From Kiritimatiellia bacterium (GTDB taxonomy: Bacteria > Verrucomicrobiota > Kiritimatiellia > RFP12 > UBA1067), in contig JAQIBS010000107.1 in the NCBI GenBank assembly GCA_027858965.1, positions 35,617-99,616 on the forward strand: a stretch of DNA of 64,000 nucleotides, read 5' to 3'. Position 1 is the stretch's first letter; every line of letters begins with the position of its first letter. This document shows positions 29,272 through 38,634 of the stretch, piece after piece. A model generated the notes under the pieces. It did no database searches, was not told the DNA's origin, and was given only the letters and a program-made list of their open reading frames with translations. The translations under genes were made by a program, and so were the position numbers.

Positions 29272-32200
29272 ATGCCGTCCTATAAAGTTTTACCTCTCTT
29301 GCAAGTTTCTGTCATGGCTGCCGTCTGCCTCATCCTTGTCCAACACGCCAACGCGAAAGAGTGGCGCGTGTTTCTGATGGGGGGACAGTCAAATATGGAA
29401 GGGGTGGGTATCGCGGCTGAGGCTCCTCAGAATTTGGTTTCACAGCCGGATATACAGTTGTACCACTCTCCCTCCGTACGGTCGGGATTACCGGCAAATC
29501 AATGGAATTCGTTGGCCTCCGCTGGTGTCAGTCCCAGTAACTTCGGTTCTGAGCTCAGCTTTGCCTATCGCATGGCAGAGGCGCTCCCCGGAGAGAATAT
29601 TGCCTTGATCAAGCACGCTAAAGGTGGCACCAAGCTGACCACATTGGCGCTTCACTATGAGGTCACCAGCTGGCATCCGGGAACGAGCGTTGCCGACTCC
29701 GCCTCCTTCGGTGTTGAGTTTGCCACCTTTGTACACACGGTCACCAATGCGCTGGCTGCCATTCAGGCGCAGGGCGATACACCGATTATATCCGGTATGC
29801 TCTGGGTGCAGGGTGAGGCCGACGCAACCAGCGTTGATGCGGGTGCAGCCTATGAACAGAATATTACCCGTTTTATTGCACGTGTCCGAGAGCAGTTTGC
29901 CGTACCGGATATTCCTTTTGTCTGCGCCCGCATTCTGCCGTATCAAACACGGCCTGCATCCGTTGTCGTCCGTCAAACACTGGATGATATCGACCAGGAC
30001 TCCGGTTCTCCTGCCGCGATACCCCATGTATTCACCATTCACACCGAAGGTCTGGGGATACATACCGACAATGCTCACTTCAACACCCCCGGACAGCTTG
30101 GACTGGGTGTACTCCTGGCGCAAAGCATGAGCCAGCGTGCTCTCAATATTGCTCCGCAAGCCACTCCACCAACTACCGCGTATTGGCAGTTTGATGAAAG
30201 TTTCGGCACGAGCTATCTTCTGGATGCGGTCGGCACCTATCATCTCGATCTGCAGGTCTCAGCCACCAATGCTCCTGTACTGATTGAGCGTGCATCGCAA
30301 TCTGTGAAGCCGAAGTTTATTGATGGAACTTTGCCGCAGGCTAATGCCGGCAGTCTGACACAGGGCTGGGGGATGCGTCGTCAGTATGATGAGTCTCTCG
30401 ATATGCGCAGCCAACCCTGGACCTTTGAGGCCTTCTTTCAAAATAATGCGGTAGGAACGCAAGGCAATTATGAGGTGATTGGCGGCACCCGCTCTGCCAT
30501 GTCGCAGTACTATGGCTGGCGTGTAATCATGAGCTACGGCAAAATCCGTTTCTTTGCCACTGCGAATAATGGAGAGACCGCGCATGTTCTTACGAACCTG
30601 CGTTATGACGACGGGCGGGTCCACCATCTGGCAGCTATATGGAATCCTGATGAGGGGGCAACCGGCACCATGCGTTTGTATATTGATGGCGCGCCGGTGG
30701 GTGCGAGTGCTGGGAAGGGAGATCTGGGCGATGATACCGATTTCGCAAAACTATTTGCGCTGGGAGGGAATATCACCGGAACAAAAGAGGCTCCTCTCAT
30801 CAGTACGTACCAGTGGAATGGCTCTCTGGATGAGATTCGTATTACAGCTGGCGCTCTTCACCCGACACAATTTTTAAATGCCTTCCCCAAGGGAACTTTG
30901 CTAAAGCTCTCTAATGTTGACCCACTGGACCGTCTCTATCCTGACCGCACTCCTTATGCTTCCAGGTGTGTGGCTCATGTGCCCCGCGGGGGCAGGGCTA
31001 TTTTCCAGTTTGCTGTGCAGACATCTGCCGATGCCGGCAGCGTCACGCTATCAGCAGGTTCCCCCGTAAAAAAAAATGGCATAACTCTGAAAAATGCTCC
31101 CTGTGTGCAGGTTCTTCGGAGTGTTCAGGTTGAGGCAAACTATTGCGGCTGTGCCAGAACCCAGGTGGGAAAAGTGCCCTCAAGTTCAGTTCGCGCAGCG
31201 GTTGTGCGACAGGCTCCTTTTGATGTGTATGAGGTGCTGACCGATGATGCTGAGATCGATCTTGACGGCCGATACACCTATGCGGCAGCGGTTCACGTCG
31301 ATATTCCGCGGGAGGCGGAGCCAGGATTATATCACGGAGAGCTAACTGCAACGCTGGAAGGGCAGGGCGTGGTCAAATCCCCCTTTGACATACAGGTTTA
31401 CCGGACATCCCTTCCGGAGCAGAGTCCGCTGGATGTCATTCACTGGCTTTGGCCGGAACCGCAGAATCTGACAGATTGCCCCCCGCCTGCATGGTGGAGT
31501 GAGGAGCATTGGAAGCTGCTTGAAGCATCCGGACGAACCCTGCATGAATACGGCGATACCGTTATGTTTACACCGCTGTTTGCAACGGAAAATCCGTTGA
31601 TCAGGGTTGTCATTAATTCTGGGTCGGAAAATAGCTGGTCCTTTGATTTTGATCAGTTTGATCGCTGGGTCACAATGTTTAAGAAACAGGGATTCACCCG
31701 TTTTTTCGGCAAGCATATCAGCGGTTATCACTCGTTGTTCACTTTTGATCAGAAAACCGGTGCGCAGAAACCTCTAAAGTTTACATTTGAGGAATATCAT
31801 CAAGCCTTTCTTCCCGCTTTTTACAGCGCCTTTTATAAACACCTTTGCGAACATGGATGGCAGAAATGCTACATTCAATCGCTAACTGATGAACCTCGGA
31901 TCAAGGCATTGCAACGCTATGAGCAGATGGCCCGGAGCTTTCGCAAGCATATGCCGGGAATTGGTATTACGGAAGCTCTCAATCATGAATTTGATCAGTT
32001 CTCGGATTTTGTGGATGTTCCTGCCTGGTGGTACGGTTACGTGTATTCAAAGGATTGGCCTGATCTTATTCAGCAGAGGATAGCGGCAGGAAAAGAGAAT
32101 TGGATCTATTATGCCTGCACACCCTCGCCTCCACATCCCAACAGTCATTTAGATGTGCCGCTATGGCGTTGCCGCGTTTTGCCGTGGGTTGCCGATTATT

Positions 32201-32598
32201 GCAAAGCAGGGGGCATTCTGCATTGGGCTGCTAATGGCTACCGCGGGGCTGACCCCTATGCCGGCAGCATTGGTCCATTGCCCAACGGCTCTACAACACC
32301 CGGACACCCACCAGGGGATAACTGGCTTTTCTACCCAACCGAACATGGTCTTACGGGGTCAATGCGCATGGCTGCCTTTCAGCAGGGAGTTGAGGATTAC
32401 GCACTTTTGAAGATTCTGCGCGCAAAGGATAATGCCGCCGCTGCCCCCATTGCTGATAGTATAGTTCATTCGATGGTTCTGGATTATCGTAACAAAGATA
32501 TCCGTTCCGATTATGCCAATAATGCTGCGAGCTACAGTGTTGCCCGGCAGCAGCTTCTGGAGAAACTGGATTCTTGCAGTGCCGCACCGGCACCGTAA
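29272..32598 (+). CDS. Multidomain secreted enzyme: sialate-O-acetylesterase-like SGNH domain (GQSNMEG), LamG domain, and a DUF4091-like glycoside-hydrolase-associated C-terminal domain
   Basis: The RVFLMGGQSNMEG motif, a central LamG-like region and a C-terminal region paralogous to the C-terminus of the 46058..48475 protein. Confidence 0.7.
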   Translation: MPSYKVLPLLQVSVMAAVCLILVQHANAKEWRVFLMGGQSNMEGVGIAAEAPQNLVSQPDIQLYHSPSVRSGLPANQWNSLASAGVSPSNFGSELSFAYRMAEALPGENIALIKHAKGGTKLTTLALHYEVTSWHPGTSVADSASFGVEFATFVHTVTNALAAIQAQGDTPIISGMLWVQGEADATSVDAGAAYEQNITRFIARVREQFAVPDIPFVCARILPYQTRPASVVVRQTLDDIDQDSGSPAAIPHVFTIHTEGLGIHTDNAHFNTPGQLGLGVLLAQSMSQRALNIAPQATPPTTAYWQFDESFGTSYLLDAVGTYHLDLQVSATNAPVLIERASQSVKPKFIDGTLPQANAGSLTQGWGMRRQYDESLDMRSQPWTFEAFFQNNAVGTQGNYEVIGGTRSAMSQYYGWRVIMSYGKIRFFATANNGETAHVLTNLRYDDGRVHHLAAIWNPDEGATGTMRLYIDGAPVGASAGKGDLGDDTDFAKLFALGGNITGTKEAPLISTYQWNGSLDEIRITAGALHPTQFLNAFPKGTLLKLSNVDPLDRLYPDRTPYASRCVAHVPRGGRAIFQFAVQTSADAGSVTLSAGSPVKKNGITLKNAPCVQVLRSVQVEANYCGCARTQVGKVPSSSVRAAVVRQAPFDVYEVLTDDAEIDLDGRYTYAAAVHVDIPREAEPGLYHGELTATLEGQGVVKSPFDIQVYRTSLPEQSPLDVIHWLWPEPQNLTDCPPPAWWSEEHWKLLEASGRTLHEYGDTVMFTPLFATENPLIRVVINSGSENSWSFDFDQFDRWVTMFKKQGFTRFFGKHISGYHSLFTFDQKTGAQKPLKFTFEEYHQAFLPAFYSAFYKHLCEHGWQKCYIQSLTDEPRIKALQRYEQMARSFRKHMPGIGITEALNHEFDQFSDFVDVPAWWYGYVYSKDWPDLIQQRIAAGKENWIYYACTPSPPHPNSHLDVPLWRCRVLPWVADYCKAGGILHWAANGYRGADPYAGSIGPLPNGSTTPGHPPGDNWLFYPTEHGLTGSMRMAAFQQGVEDYALLKILRAKDNAAAAPIADSIVHSMVLDYRNKDIRSDYANNAASYSVARQQLLEKLDSCSAAPAP

Positions 32599-32722
32599 TC
32601 AGGGTATTCGAATAACAACCCGATAATTAGAGAAAATAGTTGGGTATATCACAAGAGCTCAGTTCCTCCTCCGTCAAGACTCCGGCGTGACATGTTAGTT
32701 GCGGCGGAAAGTAGCTTTAGTT

Positions 32723-32732
32723 TGATATATCA
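32723..32732. promoter_or_regulatory. Additional TGATATATCA palindrome (candidate operator)
   Basis: Perfect 10-bp palindrome. It shares the 13-bp ATATATCAAAACC with the gntR upstream region at 26362-26374. Confidence 0.4.
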
Positions 32733-32987
32733 AAACCAGCGAATGCTTTTTACAGAGCCCGTATTTGAATTTTGTATTTGAGGTGGCGGCAGTTGATGGT
32801 CAAAAATCAGGGGGTTCTGTCGAAAGATCAATGAAGATTACGGGTGTTGTGTGTGTTTATCCCTTTTAATATTGGGTTTTACGAAATATATGGGTTTTGT
32901 AGATTATAATATAATTTTGATTAAGTTACCGCTCTGGAGAGATCTCTCGTTGCCTTGAATACGATAAATAATATATTGGCTTATCGG

Positions 32988-33016
32988 TTGACAATTTCAA
33001 TATGATATATCATAAT
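32988..33016 (+). promoter_or_regulatory. Sigma70-type promoter (TTGACA, 17 bp, CATAAT) with an embedded TGATATATCA palindrome, for LamG paralog 2
   Basis: 30 of 31 bp identical to the 26616-26644 block. Confidence 0.6.
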
Positions 33017-33064
33017 GTTACGCATTAACTGTAAGAGTTTGTTATCCTTCAGGTAGGAGATGTT

Positions 33065-35353
33065 ATGAAATCCAATATGAAACTATTTACTATGCTTCTG
33101 TGTATCGTATTCACTGGTTTTTTGGCTCAGGCGCAGCTCTCTGACCGTCTGATCGGCTGGTGGAGAATCGATGATGCCACTAATGCCACGACTCTGGTGG
33201 ATTCCTCGGGCAATGGACGAAATGCAACCATTGGCTCCGGTGTCGAAATTGTGGAGGACGGCCGTTTTGGCCGTGCAGCCCATTTTAACGGCACCAGTGA
33301 TGCCTGGGCCAGATTCTCCAATCCAACACTCTCAAATATGACTTTCGCTGCCTGGGTGTTTATGGAGAATACTAACAATATCATGCCGCGTATTATGCAG
33401 GTGTCTAGCGACACCTATTACCACATGCCCTCTAGTTCTCCGGGCCAGTTCACCCTCGGTGTGCGTAACAACAACTGGAGTACAAGTGTTCCCGACCCAT
33501 TTAAGTTTGAGACCAACACTTGGTTTCATGCCGCAGTTGTCTATCAACAACAGTATACCAATGCTACCGACCGCATCGTCTGGCCGACCTTCTATATCAA
33601 CGGCGTGCGCTGCGGTGACCCTCTGCCGCCCAAAGCCTTCCTTAATGCCCTCGCAGCTGGGCCGTCCTTCTATTTCGGGAATAATAGCAGCACTGGAATC
33701 CGTCCGCTTGAAGGCTTGATGGACGATGTTCGCCTCTATGACGCCCCGCTCTCTGACAAAGATATACTCTCCATCTATCAAAACAGCCCCCTCTCTGTCG
33801 ATGCGGGTGCAGATCAAACCGTCTACCGTGACACAACTGCATTGCAGGGGCGTTTGATCAATACCAACCCTTTTATGCGTGATTTGACCTCTGGAATAAA
33901 CTGGAGCACGGTTTCCGCACCGACGGGGGATGCGCCCGTTATTGAAACACCCTGGCTGCCTGCCTCAACCGTTACCCTGCCGGAAGCCGGCGATTACACC
34001 TTCCTATTAACTGCCGTCACCGAGCTCGGCACCGTTTCTAATGATGTCACCGTCACTCGTAACATCAGCGCCCCACCGGCTGGGAATATCGCTCCTGTTG
34101 TCACGCCGCTGGAGGCATCAATCAACAGCGTTCTTGGATCCGGTGTACCCCTCGAAGCAACCGTTACTGACGATGATATCCCCGGAGCCACGCATCTGTG
34201 CTGGAGTAAAATCAGTGGACCTGGCGCAGTCTTTTTTGACAATGCCTTTACCAGCAACACCGCCGCCTTTTTCTCCACCAATGGCACCTATGTTGTCCGA
34301 CTTGCAGCCGATGACGGCGACTTGCAAGGTAGCGCCGACATAACCGTTACTGTTGCTCTACCCTCGGGTGACATCTTCAATGGGCTTGAACACTGGTGGC
34401 AGATGAATGATGACCCGGTCCTGAAGAAAGCCTTTGACAGCGCCGCTGACAATACGCTCTCCCTCAATAACCTCGCTTTCCTCCAGCCCGGCAAAACGGG
34501 TAACGGCTATCGCGGCCCTAAACTTGATGCTGTGGGCGTGGCCGCCAGTCTCCCCACCAATGCCGAAACGATGACCTTTTCCTCCTGGTTCTTTTTTGAT
34601 GATGCTTATGTGCAGGGGGCCAGTGGCAATAAGTACCAGCGTCTCTTCAACTGCGGCCCAAACTTTTATATTCTCTATAATACAACCAATAATCACCTGG
34701 ACTTGTCCACACGGGGGATCGGCACTGGTGATACCCAGCACACGTGGTCATGGAGCACCGAATTCACCCCGAATACATGGTTCCACGTTTCGATCCTCTT
34801 CGACCGCCGCGCCGCCGCGAGCGGTTCGCGACAGGTGATGTATGTTAACGGGGAAAAGGTCTTTTCAGGTAACTTAAGCACTGCCTTTCCCGGTGCGGCC
34901 GCTTTCACATCCTCGTTCATCATCTCCAATACCGGCGCCAATAATGGCACTCGTAATTTCGATGGTGTGCTGGATGAAATGCGGGTCTACTCCCGTTTCA
35001 TTACAGATGAAGAGGCCCTCCTGCTGGCGGCCGATCCGGACAACAACCACGCTCCGGTAATTGAAGTCCCTGTTGTTCGGCTGGTCAAGGTCGGTCAGCT
35101 GGTTGCTCTCGAAGGGATGGTTACTGATGACGGTCAACCCTTCGGCAGCACTCTAATAAAAGGCTGGAGTGTCATCTCCGGTGATCAGAATGATGTGATT
35201 TTTGCCGATGCTTCCGACCCTGCCACTGACGCAAACTTCACGCGTACTGGAGAGTATGAAATCATGCTTTCCGCCACAGATGGCGAGCAGCAGGCGGCAA
35301 CGATTGTGCAGATTAACGCAGTTGATTCCGGCACGATTATATTGTTGCAATAA
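33065..35353 (+). CDS. Secreted LamG-domain protein, paralog of 26699..28981
   Basis: Same architecture and motifs (LIGWWRIDDATNATTLVDSSGNGRNATIG ... DPDNNHAPVIEV). Confidence 0.7.
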   Translation: MKSNMKLFTMLLCIVFTGFLAQAQLSDRLIGWWRIDDATNATTLVDSSGNGRNATIGSGVEIVEDGRFGRAAHFNGTSDAWARFSNPTLSNMTFAAWVFMENTNNIMPRIMQVSSDTYYHMPSSSPGQFTLGVRNNNWSTSVPDPFKFETNTWFHAAVVYQQQYTNATDRIVWPTFYINGVRCGDPLPPKAFLNALAAGPSFYFGNNSSTGIRPLEGLMDDVRLYDAPLSDKDILSIYQNSPLSVDAGADQTVYRDTTALQGRLINTNPFMRDLTSGINWSTVSAPTGDAPVIETPWLPASTVTLPEAGDYTFLLTAVTELGTVSNDVTVTRNISAPPAGNIAPVVTPLEASINSVLGSGVPLEATVTDDDIPGATHLCWSKISGPGAVFFDNAFTSNTAAFFSTNGTYVVRLAADDGDLQGSADITVTVALPSGDIFNGLEHWWQMNDDPVLKKAFDSAADNTLSLNNLAFLQPGKTGNGYRGPKLDAVGVAASLPTNAETMTFSSWFFFDDAYVQGASGNKYQRLFNCGPNFYILYNTTNNHLDLSTRGIGTGDTQHTWSWSTEFTPNTWFHVSILFDRRAAASGSRQVMYVNGEKVFSGNLSTAFPGAAAFTSSFIISNTGANNGTRNFDGVLDEMRVYSRFITDEEALLLAADPDNNHAPVIEVPVVRLVKVGQLVALEGMVTDDGQPFGSTLIKGWSVISGDQNDVIFADASDPATDANFTRTGEYEIMLSATDGEQQAATIVQINAVDSGTIILLQ

Positions 35354-35450
35354 CAGGAGCAGGAACGCTTCTGTTTCTGGATCATTACACTGCATAAATA
35401 CGGAGCAGGGACTCTTTCGTTCCTGTCTCTTTTTAATAAAGGCACTTTTT

Positions 35451-37316
35451 ATGAATAATCATTTTTCTCTCAATCATGCGCTCTCTCTATTGATTTGCAC
35501 CTGCACCTTCCATGCAGCTGCCGTTACCCCTGCGGCCACTTCTTCAACGATCCCCGACATGCGGCACATAGCAACCGGATGGGAGATCCCCAGCAAGCAC
35601 TATGCCGATCAGCCCTACATCGTAAAAACCGATGACGGGGCCTGGCTCTGCTGTATCACCACTGGTAGTGGTCATGAAGGTACACCCGGTCAGCATGTGA
35701 TCTCAATGCGCAGTACCGATCAGGGTAAAACATGGTCTGCCCCCGTGGCTCTTGAACCCGCCGGTGGACCGGAAGCCTCTTATGCTGTCATGCTTAAAAC
35801 GCCTTATGGTCGCATTTACTGCTTCTATAATCATAATACCGACCGCGTTAAAGAGGTGAAGCGTGAGGACAAAGGTGTCTATAAACGTGTCGATTCCCTG
35901 GGTCACTATGTTTTCAAGTATACGGACGACCACGGTCGTTCATGGTCAAAGCAACGCTATGATATTCCCATGCGTACCTTCGATTGTGACAGCGAGAATG
36001 TTTACGGAGGAAAATTAAAATTCTTCTGGAACGTCGGGCGTCCGCTGATTTACAAAAATGCCGCCATCTGCGTGATCCATAAAGTCGGCGCTATGGGTGC
36101 GGGATTCTTTGCCCGCTCAGAGGGTGCCTTCCTGAAAAGTGAAAATATCCTGACAGAACGCGATCCTTCAAAGGTTAGCTTTAAAACACTCCCTGAGGGT
36201 ACCATCGGCCTGCGCACACCTCCGGGAGGCGGACGTGTTTCCGAAGAACAGAGTATCGTCGCGCTTAGCGACGGCTCCATCTTCTGCGTCTACCGCACCA
36301 TTGACGGCTGGCCCACCACCGCCTACAGCCGCGACGGTGCCCGGACCTGGAGCACTCCCGCCTACATGACCTACACGCCCGGTGGTAAACGCGTCAAACA
36401 TCCCCGTGCCGCAAACTTTGTGTGGAAATGCTCCAATGGTAAATTCCTCTATTGGTTCCATAATCATGGCGGACGTTTTATCGGTGAACTTGGTGCTAAC
36501 GGTAAAAACGGGCAGAGTCCATATGATGATCGTAATCCTGCATGGCTCATGGCCGGCCGTGAGATTGACACACCAAAGGGTCGCATGCTTGAATGGTCAC
36601 AGCCGGAGATACTGCTCTATGATGATGATCCCGCCGTCCGCATGAGTTACCCTGATCTGGTGGAGGAGAATGGAAAGTTCTATGTTACGGAGACCCAGAA
36701 AGTTATTGGGCATACCCATCTGATTGACTCTGCCTTGGTGAACGGTTTATTCAACCAGTGGGAGAATAAATCTGTTGCTGAAAAGGGGCTGATTCTGAAT
36801 CTTTCAAACAAAAAACCTATGCCCTCTCAAGCTAAGATGCCAGGATTGCCGGCAATCACCAAGAAAGATAAAGATCTGCGGAAAGGCTGTAGCATTGACC
36901 TGTGGCTGAAAGCTGATGAGCTTACACCTGGACAACCTCTTCTCGACAGCCGTGATAATGATGGCAGGGGACTTCTCGTTTCGATTGCAGAGAAGGGCGC
37001 ACTCCGCATTCTCTTTAGTGATGGACGAACCGAGGCCTCCTGGTCCAGTGACAACGGACTCCTGAAAGCCGGCACTGCGCATCATGCCGTGATTACCGTG
37101 GATGGTGGTCCCAAAATTATCACCTTTGTTGTTGATGGAACGCTTTGCGATGGAGGCGACCAGCGCCAGTTTGGATGGGGTCGCTTCAGTCGCGACCTGC
37201 GTACATTCAACGGTGCGTCTATGCTGAAAATCGACCCCGCAGTTCAATCACTGCGCATTTATAACCGTGCCATCCGTACCAGTGAGGCAGTTGGAAATTT
37301 CAAGGCTGGATTGTAA
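35451..37316 (+). CDS. BNR-repeat exo-alpha-sialidase-like glycosidase with a C-terminal LamG-like domain
   Basis: Signal peptide and BNR motifs STDQGKTWSAP, TDDHGRSWSKQ and SRDGARTWSTP. The start was set at the ATG at 35451. Confidence 0.7.
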   Translation: MNNHFSLNHALSLLICTCTFHAAAVTPAATSSTIPDMRHIATGWEIPSKHYADQPYIVKTDDGAWLCCITTGSGHEGTPGQHVISMRSTDQGKTWSAPVALEPAGGPEASYAVMLKTPYGRIYCFYNHNTDRVKEVKREDKGVYKRVDSLGHYVFKYTDDHGRSWSKQRYDIPMRTFDCDSENVYGGKLKFFWNVGRPLIYKNAAICVIHKVGAMGAGFFARSEGAFLKSENILTERDPSKVSFKTLPEGTIGLRTPPGGGRVSEEQSIVALSDGSIFCVYRTIDGWPTTAYSRDGARTWSTPAYMTYTPGGKRVKHPRAANFVWKCSNGKFLYWFHNHGGRFIGELGANGKNGQSPYDDRNPAWLMAGREIDTPKGRMLEWSQPEILLYDDDPAVRMSYPDLVEENGKFYVTETQKVIGHTHLIDSALVNGLFNQWENKSVAEKGLILNLSNKKPMPSQAKMPGLPAITKKDKDLRKGCSIDLWLKADELTPGQPLLDSRDNDGRGLLVSIAEKGALRILFSDGRTEASWSSDNGLLKAGTAHHAVITVDGGPKIITFVVDGTLCDGGDQRQFGWGRFSRDLRTFNGASMLKIDPAVQSLRIYNRAIRTSEAVGNFKAGL

Positions 37317-37318
37317 TC

Positions 37319-38422
37319 ATGGGTAATGGCTGGCAGAAAAGTATGCATGACCGCGTGGAGCTGTTTCAACAGTTTCATTGTCGGGAGAATGCACGTCCGC
37401 TGTTTGGCTTTTTTAAAGGCAGCGAATACCCTTTGACGCGCTATCCTTTCAGCCAGATTCTCCCCGAAGGCCGTGAGCTGCAGCCTGATGATTTTGATGT
37501 CGCCGCTTTTGTCGATAATGCCGAACAGCTCTTTCTTGAGCATGAAGCCTGTGGCGGAGATTTTATTTACAGCGCCAGCGCCTTCTGGGGTATTCCCTGG
37601 TTAGAGGCCTCTCTGGGCTGCCCGCTTTTTGCCAATCAGACCACCGGTTCAATTTACTGTGAGCCGCCATCGAATTTTTCTGTCGATTCAGTGCCGTCTT
37701 TTAACCGCAACAATCCCTGGATACGCCTGATGGTGGATATGCTCTCTGCGTTGGCGCAGAGAAGCGCCGGTCGCTTTCCTTTGGCAACCACCCGCATGCG
37801 TGGTGTGGCCGATCTGCTCTCTGCATTGTATGGCGGCGATGCTTTTGTTTTTGCATTGTTTGATAAACCAGATGAAGTTATGCAGGTTTGCCGTTGTGTT
37901 ACCGATCATTTTATTCAGTGCGCTGCGCTGCAGTTGGAGCATATACCGGATTTCTACGGTGGGATAGGTTCGTTTTACTATTACATGTGGGCTGCAAAGG
38001 GGACGGTGTGGCATCAGGAGGATGCCGCGGCTTTGCTATCCCCCGATCTATATACACAGTTTGTCGAACCATTTGATCGTCAGATTGTCGCATCTTTCCC
38101 GCATGTAGTCATGCATCAGCACTCAACCGGATTTGTTCCAACCGAGAAATATCTTGAAATGGGTATGAGTGTGCTGGAATTGCATATCGACAGCGGGGGA
38201 CCATCCGCCCGTGACTTATACGAACGTCATCTGGCAATTCTTGAGAAGTGCCCTCTTCTTATCTGGGGTGATATTCCGAAAGAAGACCTCGACTGGATTT
38301 TCTGCAAGCTTCCCGTACAAGGGCTTGCTATAATAACAGTGGTCAAAGATGCCGATGAGGCACAACAACTATGGGAGCGCTATGTCAAGCATCCGATAGA
38401 ATGCAGGTGTTTAGGTGTTTAG
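37319..38422 (+). CDS. Conserved hypothetical protein, possibly URO-D/MtaA-like (beta/alpha)8 fold
   Basis: Only weak resemblance to uroporphyrinogen-decarboxylase-family proteins. It starts 3 bp after the sialidase stop, and its last codons lie in a TAG-rich repeat. Confidence 0.4.
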   Translation: MGNGWQKSMHDRVELFQQFHCRENARPLFGFFKGSEYPLTRYPFSQILPEGRELQPDDFDVAAFVDNAEQLFLEHEACGGDFIYSASAFWGIPWLEASLGCPLFANQTTGSIYCEPPSNFSVDSVPSFNRNNPWIRLMVDMLSALAQRSAGRFPLATTRMRGVADLLSALYGGDAFVFALFDKPDEVMQVCRCVTDHFIQCAALQLEHIPDFYGGIGSFYYYMWAAKGTVWHQEDAAALLSPDLYTQFVEPFDRQIVASFPHVVMHQHSTGFVPTEKYLEMGMSVLELHIDSGGPSARDLYERHLAILEKCPLLIWGDIPKEDLDWIFCKLPVQGLAIITVVKDADEAQQLWERYVKHPIECRCLGV

Positions 38423-38590
38423 ACTGTTAGGTGTTTTGGTATTGGATAAACCATCTTTTCAAAACAGTACATCTGCATTTCACCTAACAGCCTAAACCAG
38501 CGAAGCCGGAATCAAATAGGCAGTAAGTAACAGGAGAATATTTTCTGACAGTCTAACAGTCTAATAGCCGAACAGCCTAAAAACCTAAGC
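38405..38590. repeat. TAG-rich intergenic repeat region with inverted repeats (GTTTAGACTGTTAGGTG / CACCTAACAGCCTAAAC)
   Basis: Direct and inverted short repeats read from the sequence. Confidence 0.6.
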
Positions 38591-38634
38591 GTCTTTTGGG
38601 ACGCGGATGAATTATAAACCAGGAGAGACATACC

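Noticed and set aside
26699-35353. The LamG paralog pair considered as the target of a diversity-generating retroelement
   Set aside because: There is no reverse transcriptase gene or template repeat in the window. The divergence between paralogs is spread along the whole length rather than confined to a C-terminal variable region.
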